A DNA stretch of 63,930 nt, the filler included, from Dugesia japonica (lineage: Eukaryota), in assembly GCA_001938525.1 (NCBI GenBank). It is 6 parts of 6 records of this genome, joined end to end, with 100 filler letters (N's around TTAATTAATTAA, not from the genome) between each part and the next. Parts side by side here need not be neighbours in the genome. Positions count along the whole stretch, not along the records: positions 1 to 10,302 come from MQRL01497085.1; 5 more parts are not named here. One strand, given 5' to 3'. A program made the translations under genes and the position numbers. The notes beneath the pieces were generated by a model, which saw only the letters and a program-made list of their open reading frames with translations, was not told where the DNA came from and ran no database searches. Positions 1-10,402 of this stretch are shown here, one piece after another (positions within the stretch are counted from its first letter, which is position 1; every line of letters begins with the position of its first letter).

Positions 1-210
1 TTTTAAATCCCAATTGATGATCAGCTAACACAGAATGCTCAACGCTAACAAATTTAACCATTAATTTTGTATCAAGTAATACATAGAAAGGTTTGTTAAT
101 TGCAGATTCCAAACACATTTTAACAGATGCTCTTTGCAATTGAATGTGTACATTAACATCAGGACTAAGATATTTCGGTTGATCCATAAAATCAAGTTGT
201 ATTGAACTAA
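1..210 (-). pseudogene. Polinton/Maverick major capsid protein (double jelly-roll, PY-like), internal fragment; element A
   Basis: Manual translation SSIQLDFMDQPKYLSPDVNVHIQLQRASVKMCLES...DTKLMVKFVSVEHSVLADHQLGFK fits the Polinton MCP pattern (D.F.Q.K.L...V...L.R; .L.V..V....V...H) and parallels the MCP text at 49790-49900. Runs off the window edge. Confidence 0.7.
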
Positions 211-214
211 ATTG

Positions 215-880
215 AACGTATGACCCAAATAATTATGACTATGAATAAGTTTCGGGAAAACATTTATCCATGTTCTATTACCAACATTTACAAATTACTT
301 TTAATAGCATCTCTGAATTTACAATTAAATCTCTACATATACAGTTTTTATTGAGAAAATACACTATAATGATTTATTTATAGATGATTAATAAGTTTTT
401 TTCACTTTAAAATTATACAATTCCTTACCCAAATCCGCTTGTAAATTATCTGAGTGTCCATCTTTGAACATTGTCTTGATTGCTGGCTCCATATCACAAC
501 CAGATTTCGATTTATCTGGAATATCTCGTGCATATCTGCTGAATACATTGATACATGTTAGAATATACTTGTAACCTTTATTAAATTTTGAATATAGAAA
601 CACTTCCATCAAATCGATTTGCCATAAATCGTCAATACTATATGTTTTATACGCTCTTGTTGGACATTTTTTCAACATCAGTTTGTTCAAACTGTATGCC
701 AGCTAACCTGATAACCATTTTTTCGGCTTTCTTTTCAACTTTTGAGCTACTTTCATTAATTTTCTAGACCTCATAAACTTGCTGAGGTTATTGGATCGGT
801 CCATATTGTCTTCAGTTTTGCTCCCACTACAAACATGAAAATGTTAAGTAAAAAATAGGTAATAATTGTAATCCACCCAT
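215..880 (-). pseudogene. Polinton-type retroviral-like (rve, c-type) integrase, decayed and 3'-truncated; element A
   Basis: AYSLNK..KK.PTR, WQIDLMEV, NKGYKYILTCINVFSRYA, LQADLGKELYN, GNRTW, PKLIHSHN; clearly similar to the integrase at 48067-48981. Contains stops and frameshifts. Confidence 0.9.
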
Positions 881-3800
881 TGCTTATTTGAAATGAGTTA
901 TTTCTAGTGTTGCTAATGCAATCAATAATACTACTGCTATAAAAAACCCCTTTGTTCATTCATTACTCGATTTATCGATTTATTATATCATTTTATTTTT
1001 ACTTGTATCATCCATTCAGATCTATCATCNTATTTATTCTCGTCCTGCCTATTAAAATAGATGATAATCGAATTCTATATTTCTATATCTTTACTGAATC
1101 TTGCAAATAATGCTTCTAATATGTTTTATCTTTCGTTTTGATATCGGAAAAAAGCAAACTGTATTTTTATTTTGTAATCACAACTAGTGTCTGAAAAAGT
1201 AATAATTTATAATGAAAACAATAAATAAAATTACTCTAAAATCATAATTCCTGATTGAAATGGAAATCTTTAATTTTTCCAAGTTACACAGTAATTGATT
1301 ATAAATTTTTCTTTTGTAAGTAAACTTTGTTGAATTTTTGTTTTTAACTTTAGGAAAACCGTTGCTTATATACTTGCTGTGATGCATACGTACACATCCT
1401 TTGCATGTTTCTATTGGTTGATATTTTTTTTAATTGATATGATTGGTTGAATTTAAGACCTATGCAACACGATTGCAACCGAATATCAAGTGACTGATGA
1501 TTTTAGATTGCCGAAAGCATTGAATTACATATATAACTGGCTTTTGGAACATGATCGCATTAACCATGCAACACGTGTGTAACACATATACACACAAAGA
1601 CTGACCAAACGAAGACTAAACATCAAGACTGCCTGAAAATCATCTATTAACACTCTTGCTTCTCTTCCACCAAGATTTTTGAAAATTTATACAAAGACAT
1701 ACACAACTCAAAAAAATCTAAACTATNNNNNNNNNNNNNNNNNNNNNNNNNNNNNNNNNNNNNNNNNNNNNNNNNNNNNNNNNNNNNNNNNNNNNNNNCT
1801 ATACTACTTACAAATCAAATTTCTTTATCCTTCAAAACATCTTAAAACCCGTAAAATCTCACAGGTCAAAAATCAGGAAAAAATTAAAACAACTCTTGAA
1901 ATTCATAAAAATTCATCTATTATTTATCATATAAACACAAAAGATACATTTTCCTTATAAAATCAACCTTTCTCTTTCTTATAAAAAAAGTTTTAATTCG
2001 ATAAAAAAGGATTTCCGCCAAAAAAGTATTACTTATTAATCTTTAAACTTTAACTACCAAAAAATAAATCGATAATCCTCCAACTCGACCCAAAACGAGT
2101 TTCATCATCTGCGTCAACATCCAACCTTTCCAACAACGTCAAATTCATCCAAATCCATTAGCAACTCACAAAAGCAAACCGATTTTAAGGAAAAGTGCGC
2201 AATAACTGATCAGATTTTCCGGTGCCCTAACATTCATTATAGCCTAACGAAGTACTTTATGCCAAAAATGCTTTAGACAATGTATAGACAGAATTTTGGT
2301 CCCACTACAAAAATACTACTCTCATCTCAAAATAGTAAAAGCACACACATACTCCTTTTGAGTCAACTTTCTTTCTTTACACTATATCTTTACACACATA
2401 CACACACTGCACGTACATAAACGATATGCTAACATACATACATACATGCCAATACCATCCATCACCAATATCGCAATACTTTTTAAAAAAAATTGAAAAA
2501 TAAANAAATTCGAATAAATTAAAACAATATTTAAAATTATAAAAAATAACCCCATTAATACATCAAAAAAATTAAAACTTTTCATCATACCAAAAACTTT
2601 GTTCCGATCAAAAATCTTAAGATTCAAAATCCACGATAACCCAAATCAAAAATTTAAGAACAGTGTTATGTTTTTTCGCTAGTGGATGGGGGTGTTTCAG
2701 TGCGCTACTATCTACCATGTAGCAATAAGACTATTTGGCAAACCACACTGAGTAAAGAAATTACGAAGTTTCTTAGTAATTTGTCATGACTACAGGAAGT
2801 TTATAGAAAACTATGCAAGAAAATCAATGATTTTAGAACAGTTATGTAGTCGACGAAGCCACAAGAAGTTAAAATGGAAAAGTGAAATAAAGGATACTTC
2901 TGAGGGTCTGAAGAAGCGTGATATAATATCCCTTATATTCGCCTTGTAATATGCGCCAACATTGCGAAGAATTTGTGGAGTCAAATACAGGAAATAGTTT
3001 GTAGCTGTGAAATTTGTCAGAAGATCAAAGTAGAAATTAAAAATGTTTAATATTGAGTCAAAACTTTCAAATAAAAACAATTCTCTGTAAAAGAATTGTT
3101 TTTATAGTGTAAATTTTTATAAATTTGTAATTAAAAATTGATTTAGAATTGCCTGAAAGACCTCAATTGTCATTTATGCATAAATTAACTATTTTATCAT
3201 GTGAGTTTCGAAAACTGTTTTATATTTTGACGTAATAATGCAAATTAGGATAAAGTTTATATTTATGGAAAGTAAAGAAATAATGGATTGAATTAATATT
3301 TGCTATCGAGTAATATTAGTTTCTTCGTCAGTAAATAGCTGTAAGGGAAAAGTATGAAAAAATGATTAATATTATCGCTATTATTGTTATTATTATTAAT
3401 AAATATTATTGATTTTTTTCTGTCTAAATAAAGCCAAATAAAAATTTGCATAATGAAATATTTCACTCAGTCGATTTAAACAAAAATTTATTTTTAATTT
3501 TATTTGCTGAATAAATCAGAGTTAATTAAAATATGCTTCAAAAAACTTTTCAACAATAATATTGATTTAATTGCCTAAGTCAAAGTATTTATGAAATATT
3601 TCAGATAATTTTACAACGAAAATATTGAATTACAATATAATGTTATTCAAAATGTTATTTTCAATTGAAAATACGGTTAATAGAAAAATACAATTTATTG
3701 ATTAAAAAATATTCAGTTAATAATTTCAATAAAAATTAATCCCAATGAAAATTACTTGATGAATTATTAGGATATCAAATATCAAGTAAGACATCTTCCA

Positions 3801-4329
3801 CAATTTTTATTAATGCAATGTCATTTAATACATCTCTGGTTGCCTCACGAATTCATATCTTATTTCCACATTACTCACAAAATAATTATTATTTATTGTC
3901 AACAAATTTAAATTTTGTTACAATAAAATATTTAATACATTCGAATTCGACTAATTTTGAATTAATTGTTGGATATTGATAAATTTGTCTGTATAATACT
4001 ATGAAACCACGTGATCAATTTTATTTTTTATAAGTAAACATGTGGAGAATTTTAATGGTATCTTCAAACACGTGCCGAATTGTTTTGCACCCACACGAGC
4101 AAACGCTAAACCGTACGCCATAGTTATTCATTTAAATGATATTGATTTCTTTAAATAACAAAATTTTTATTCAATTACAAATTTATTTCAATATTATTTA
4201 CAAAAATAATTAATATTTTTTATGAACACATACATACACTCGAATTTCTCCATTCGATATAAGATGGTATCTAGAAATTTTTACCAATAACTCAAAATAA
4301 ATATATATCAATTAACTCTTACCGAAATT

Positions 4330-4593
4330 CTATTGATTTTCTATTTGCTGTTCACATTGAGAAATCGATTTCGATGAAAGTAATAGAATTAATTCCAAGT
4401 CTTGTATATAATTAATAACATGTTGTAACAATTCGATTTGGTTGACTTTTTTATTTCTTGGAATAGTTGGAACTAATTTTTTTAATTCACAAAAACACTT
4501 TTTCATTTCGATTGATCTAATTGAACGAGTTAATGAAAATCGTTTTTGTAGTTTGAAAAAATGATTTTTTTTCTTTAAAAAATGTATTGTCAT
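4330..4593 (-). CDS. Id / extramacrochaetae-like helix-loop-helix protein (about 87 aa)
   Basis: [39 protein letters not shown] is the Id/emc HLH signature (LKxLVPxIPxxxKVSxxEILQHVIDYIxDL). First ATG at 4593 (the ORF caller extends to a TTG at 4659). CCAAT-like boxes lie upstream at about 4657 and 4690. Confidence 0.88.
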   Translation of the reverse strand: MTIHFLKKKNHFFKLQKRFSLTRSIRSIEMKKCFCELKKLVPTIPRNKKVNQIELLQHVINYIQDLELILLLSSKSISQCEQQIENQ

Positions 4594-5014
4594 TGAAGAA
4601 CAGAAAACTTTATGCAAATAGTAAAATTTAACATCAGATTTATGAAAAATAAACACCAATTACGTGGTTAGAAAATTAAAGAAATTTGATTGGTCAAAAT
4701 TCCTAATACTGACTGATTTTTATGAATTGGTGACCAAAGTAAATTAGCATAATAACTGGACTTAATTTCAGAATTTTATTTCGTTTTTGAGTTCTATTTG
4801 TATTTTAATGAATACTTTAAATCAAAGTTATCGAATTTTATTTAATTTTATTTGAAAATGTTTGTTTTCTTTTTATTTTAGTTATTCATTGCATTAAAAC
4901 CTTATAAAACTTGATTTTTAAAAAATATTATAAGTAGAGTAGTATTCACTTATGCCTTTCTAGTACATTTTTCTAATTTCATAAAAAAATAAATTTATAA
5001 AAATATGTAAAAAA

Positions 5015-5240
5015 AATATGTAAAAAGTAGATATCACACAAAATATGTGAAATATTCGGTGTGAAATGTGAAATATTCGGGTGTGAAATGAGACATGTGA
5101 AATATTCGGTGTGACATGTGAAATATTCGAAGAAGACAAAATATGTGAAATGTAAAAAGTAGATATCACACAAGAAATGTGACATGTGAAATATTTGGGT
5201 GTGAAATGTGACATATTCGGAGAAGACAAAATATGTGAAT
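5015..5240. repeat. Sub-terminal tandem repeat array of ATGTGAAATATTCGG / ACATGTGA units, with two higher-order copies about 133 bp apart
   Basis: ATGTAAAAAGTAGATATCACACAA recurs at about 5017 and 5150; AGAAGACAAAATATGTGAA also occurs twice; many ATGTGAAATATT units. Confidence 0.9.
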
Positions 5241-5309
5241 TTAAGAGGAATAAATATAAAAATAAAAAAGAGGAATAAAACATCTGTGATTAAATTATTC
5301 CTTTAGAAA

Positions 5310-8300
5310 ATGAGCGCTATAATAAGTTGTGAAAATTGTAATAAGGTGTTTAAGAATTTAGCAGGTAAAATGGGACATATTAGTTCCAGAACTTGTTACA
5401 GAGTAAATGCAGCATTTAAATGTAATAAATGTAATAAAACATTTAATTCAGAAAATAGTTTACAATTACATATAAATTCAACACGTTGTGGTAATTCGGA
5501 AATTTTGCCATTATTTTGTAAAATCTGTAATAAAAAATTCCAAAGGCAAAATCACGCAAGAGCACATTTCAATTCTGAGAAACATAAAAAAATGGCTCAT
5601 GAAGTTGTATTTAGAGAATTACCACAAGAAGAAGCAATTAATTATGATGCTGAAATTAAGGATTTATTTAGAATATATAAAGATTATGAAATTGTTTATT
5701 TTAAAGATAGTAAAGTGGAAATGAAATATAATGTGGAAGGATTATATGACATTCCTATTAGAAATGTTAATGCATTTAAAATTGATGTTAAAGAAATTGT
5801 TAGAAAGTATTTTAGACACGGAAAAAAGATTGTTATAGGCATGACTGTAAAATGCAGATATATAAAAGAAAGAAATAATGAATATGTTGAAAAAGATTTT
5901 ACATCCTTTTCTAAACTAAAAAGAATTTCAATTGAAAGTGAAATACCAAATGTTGTTAATGAAACATTTAACGAATTAGAAAGATATATTGAAGATAGAG
6001 ATAGAGAAGGAAGTGGATGGTCAATGTCGCACATTATAGATTATAAATTAGATCTTTCTAAATATCAATCATTAGCAGGNNNNNNATATTGTAAATTACC
6101 ATTTACAAAACCAGGAGTTAATATAGAAAATAAAGATAACAAATGTTTTCTATATTCAATATTAGCACATAAATATTTACATGATAATCCTACAAGAGTA
6201 AGTAATTACATTCCACATTTAACAGATTTAAAATATAATGATTTGACATTTCCAATGAATATTGACGATATTAATAAATTTGAGAAATTAAATAATTATC
6301 AAATAAATAGGTTTGGTGTCAATGCAAATAAAAAACTTGAACCATTACACATTACACATCACATAAGAAATCCATCACCTGAAGAAAATAAATGTAATTT
6401 GTTAGTATACAAAGATCATTATGTTTTATGTAGAGATTTAACTGTATTTTTCGCAACTAATGGAAATAGAAATTATCCATGCATTAGATGTATGAATTGT
6501 TATTCATCTGAAGAAGTTTTAAATAAACATCAAGATGCATGTATTAGGCACAAACCAAACAACATTGTATTTGAACATAATGATTATTATTTATTTAATA
6601 AATTTTACCAGAAAAATAAAATACCATTTATTCTTATTGGAGATTTCGAAGCATATACAAATTCATATAAAAAACAAAATGCTTTATCTTTAGGTGTTTA
6701 TTTAAAATCAGATTATCAAGAATTAATGGAAAGTAAATATTATGAATTCTCAGGTAAAAATATTTATGATGAATTCTTTCAATTTTTAGAAGACACCAAT
6801 AATAAATTACAAGATATAAAAGATAATAAATTAATAGAAACATTTGAAGGTGAGATACGCGAATTAACATCTGACACAAAATGTTATTATTGTAACAAAT
6901 TTATATCTAACACTGCAGTTATAGATCATAACTATTTCAATGGAGAATTTCGAGGATATTCATGTAATGATTGTAAGATAAATGATAGAAGTGTAAAGAA
7001 TTTATTTATTCCATTTTACTTTCATAACGCATCAGGTTATGATAACCATTTATTTTTTAGGGAATTATTGACAAAGTTTCCAAGTAAAGTAAAAAAGATA
7101 ATTCCTCACTCATCAGATAATTATATTGCATTTCAATTTAGAAATATCAGATTTCTTGATTCACAAGATTACTTCCTTTTACATCTGTTGAAGTAATGGG
7201 AAAATTATTAACACAATCAGGTAATTACCCAATATTAACATCATTTAATTTAAAACCAAAGAAAGCATTATTTCCATACAAATATGTAAAAGGTAACACT
7301 ATAACAGAAGTTGAAACATTATTAAAATCTAATAGAATACCAACTAAAAAAGATTTCTTTAACACACTAAATCAAAAAGAAATATCTAACGATGAACATG
7401 ATGAATTTTTAATAGATTATTTAGATTTCAAAAATATGTGGCAATACATGTTACACTATATGAAGTTAGATGTTTTAATTCTAACTGATTTCTTAGAAAA
7501 CTTTAGAGATTCAAGTTTGAATAACATTTTAAAATAAGATCCATGTTATTCATATTCTGCACCTGGATATGCATGGGAAACTGGAATGTTAAATGCAAAT
7601 GTAAAACTTAAATATGCAAAACCAGAAACCTATGATATTTTCTTAACAGCTGANGANGGAATTAGAGGTGGATATTCTGGTGTTTTAGGTGAACGTCAAG
7701 TATTTAGTTATAATAAAAATAAAGAACCATTTACAAGACAAATGAATAAAGCATAATTTGAAGATTTAATAAAAATGATGAATACACACGATTTGATTCC
7801 AGATGAATATCTTGATGATTTAATGGAAGATACATTTATAAAATATTTAGATGAAAATTCTTTATATGCATCATGTATGACTAAACCATTACCAACAGGT
7901 GAAATGCGTGAGTGTGAAATGTTAATATATGAAACAGCAACTGACACATTAAATTTTATTTATGAAGTTGATCTTGAATATCCACCTGAAATACATGATA
8001 AAACTAAATATTTTAGATTAGCACCTGACAGAATAAATATTACAGAAGACATGTTAAACAATTACCAAAAATCATTTAATAAGAAAATAACAAATAAAAA
8101 TATTAAATTAACACTTAATCAATTTGACAAGAAAAATTATGTTGTACTTGGAAGTACATTAGATTTATATTTAAAATTAGGTATGAAACTAAAAACAATT
8201 CACAAGAAAATTAAAATGGAAACATCTACATGGTTTAAAAATCATGTTCACAAATTAATAACTTTAAGAAAAGAATCTAAAAGAAATAATGATGTGTTTG

Positions 8301-10023
8301 GTGATTACATTTACAAATTAATGTTAAATGCTTTCTATGGAAAAACTTTAGAAAATATTAGAAATAGATGCAACATAGAAATTGTAGATAATGACAGAGA
8401 TTATCAAAGGTTTGCAAGTAAAATAACTTTCAAGTCAAGTAAAATCTTTACAATAAATGATTCAAATGAAGCTCATATTGCGGCAATGCATATGGAAAAA
8501 GGAAAACTAAAATATAACAAATTTCCATATATATGTTTTACCATTTTAGAAAATGCAAAACAAGTAATGTATGATTTTGTATATAATCAAATGCAACCTT
8601 TAATTAGAGAAAGTAATTATAAAATACATTACAGTGATGGTGTAACATCTGACACTCCAATAATTTTAAGGAGAGATAATAAAGTTGAAATAAAAAAGAT
8701 TTCAGAAATAGATCAAAATTATAAGAAAAATAAATATGATAAAAAATATTATTCTTATCCTGAAGATTATGAAATATGGACAAAAAGTAATTAGTCTAAA
8801 TTAAATAAAGTAATTAAGCATAGAACTAATAAATAAATTTATAGAGTTAGAACTAAAATGGGAATTGTTGATGTAACACAAGATCATTCACTGTTAAATG
8901 ATAATGGTGAACAAATAAAACCAATAGATGTAACATGTGAAACTAAATTATTACATAATAAAATATTTAAAGTAAATAAGGAAATAAACATTGATAAAAT
9001 TTTATCAGACATTTATGATAACGAACCTAATAATTCACATTTAAAGAAAGCATTTATAGATGGATTCTTAATTAGAAGTGGAGCAGCAACAATTTATAAT
9101 AATAATAAATATTATTATTCATTTTTTAATAAAGATTTATCTTTATTAAATAAAATAAAAAGATTTCACAAATCACCAATGATATTTGATTCAATAAGAC
9201 CACAAAATGCTCATAAACTTAGTTCACTAAATCCAAAACCTCATGCAGAATATTATTTTGAAAATTATTATAATAAATTTGTAAGAACTAAAAGAATTCC
9301 AGATCACATGTTAAATGCAACATTTAACATTAGATATTGGTTCTTTGTAGGATTTTATGCATCAAAAAATAATAATAAAAAAAAAATTAGTTTTACACAA
9401 GAAGGAAAAGAATGTTTTTCACAGTTGTATTATTTAGCAACATCTTTAGGAATTAATTTAGTTGTTACAGAAAGAAAAGATACAGACTATTTCACTGCAA
9501 CACAAGTAAAATCAAGTATTACAACTAACATGCAAAGTGTAACATTTTTAAGAGAAGGTATTGAAGATGTTTATGATATTGAAACTGAAGATGGAACATT
9601 TAACTGTGGATTTCCATTAATAATGAAAAATAGTGATTAATATTTGTAGAGATAAAACATAGAGATAATTTAGAGAGATTACAAACTTTACTAGGAAATG
9701 ATTTATTTCAGATGAAAGACGAATTACCTAATTCTGAAATAAATCAAGCTAATTTTATAAAAGCAAAAAGTTATGCTTATAGTTATAATGATAGCGCAGC
9801 ATTTGATTCTAGAAATAAAGGTGTCAAGAAAAATAATAAATTAATGATGAAAAATTTTGATTCAGTTTTAAAAGATCCAAGGAAAATAATTTATGGAACT
9901 AATTTTTCATTAAAATCTGAAGGTCATGAAATAGAAATATTAGAACAAAAGAAAATAGCATTAATGGCATATGATGATAAGAGAATTATAGAAGATAATG
10001 CAACAACAACATGGCCACATTGA
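5310..10023 (+). pseudogene. Protein-primed family B DNA polymerase (Polinton group-2 type) with N-terminal zinc fingers, OTU-like region, EndoVII-type insert and an intein
   Basis: GSGW; NKDNKCFLYSILA; ExoI GDFEA; ExoII FHNASGYDNH; RFLDS; FPYKY; ExoIII HYMKLDVLIL; GIRGG; motif A YLDENSLYASCM; motif B KLMLNAFYGK; split motif C; KSYAY; KGV; DDKR. Five predicted ORFs join through 2 frameshifts (about 7163 and 9638) and 4 in-frame stops (7535, about 7754, 8792, about 8834). Confidence 0.95.
8639..9631 (+). mobile_element. Intein (Hint splicing domain plus degenerate LAGLIDADG homing endonuclease) at the PolB motif C site
   Basis: Block A GVTSDTPIILR directly after YSD; block B VDVTQDHSLL (TxxH); endonuclease blocks AFIDGFLIRSG, KRIPDHMLN, FFVGFYASK, LYYLATSLG; block F VYDIETEDGTF; block G LIMKN followed by +1 Ser. 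993 nt = 331 codons in one frame, with two point-mutation stops. Confidence 0.93.
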
Positions 10024-10113
10024 AATCAATATTATTGTTTTACATGTGACATGTGGCATTTTAGATTAGACAAAATAAATAAAACATTAACATGTAATTT
10101 TTTATTATAAGAA

Positions 10114-10302
10114 ATGACGAGCGAAGCGAAACCAATGAGTGTAACGAATGCAGGGAATCCAACAGAAGAAGAATTAAAGAAAATAGTAAATTCTAAAACA
10201 TGTAAATCTGTAAAGATCAACGGTAAAAATTATATTAGTAAAAAAGTAAAAGATGAACTTAAAAAGAAATCACATGAAGGTGGATTTGCATTTTTAGCTG
10301 CA
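10114..10302 (+). CDS. Small basic ORF with HEGGFAFLAA motif (Polinton pX/core-like virion protein candidate), truncated by spacer
   Basis: Lys-rich stretch followed by GGF and hydrophobic residues, like KHEGSGFFWAAL in 47388-47864; resembles an adenain-type protease cleavage site. Confidence 0.5.
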
Positions 10303-10402
10303 NNNNNNNNNNNNNNNNNNNNNNNNNNNNNNNNNNNNNNNNNNNNTTAATTAATTAANNNNNNNNNNNNNNNNNNNNNNNNNNNNNNNNNNNNNNNNNN
10401 NN
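10303..10402. other. Artificial scaffold spacer (44N-TTAATTAATTAA-44N); also at 22789-22888, 31262-31361, 46526-46625 and 55722-55821
   Basis: Five identical 100-bp blocks; the 12-mer places stop codons in all six frames. Confidence 0.97.

Larger units (their letters stand above)
4938..10302 (+). mobile_element. Polinton/Maverick-like element B (probable left end, terminal repeat array, pPolB, small GGF-motif ORF), cut by scaffold end
   Basis: AGTAGT at 4938 (Polinton termini typically begin AG/AGTAGT), then a tandem repeat array, a group-2-type pPolB and a small basic ORF. No integrase or capsid gene is visible before the spacer. Confidence 0.75.

Noticed and set aside
1491-1525. CTGATGA...GAAA hammerhead-ribozyme-like core
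   Set aside because: Stem II does not pair and there is no complementary stem I or III; at best a decayed relic.
5015-5240. Repeat array as a CRISPR array; ORFs 4960-5283 and 4979-5185
   Set aside because: No unique spacers, no cas genes, eukaryotic context. The ORFs are translations of the repeat.
5488-7947. Alternative-frame and antisense ORFs overlapping the pPolB (5488-5724, 5696-6034, 6634-6879, 7708-7947)
   Set aside because: Shadow ORFs with no recognisable motifs.
7163-9640. Programmed frameshifting, stop read-through or an alternative genetic code in the pPolB
   Set aside because: The stops replace different expected residues (likely Trp, Lys, Leu, Glu) and are single-base changes, consistent with decay or sequencing error.
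8858-9640. Hedgehog-type Hint domain or free-standing homing endonuclease gene
   Set aside because: It is in frame with the polymerase, sits exactly in motif C and has a terminal Asn with +1 Ser, which marks an intein.
10347-10358. TTAATTAATTAA palindrome recurring five times
   Set aside because: Artificial spacer embedded in fixed runs of N.
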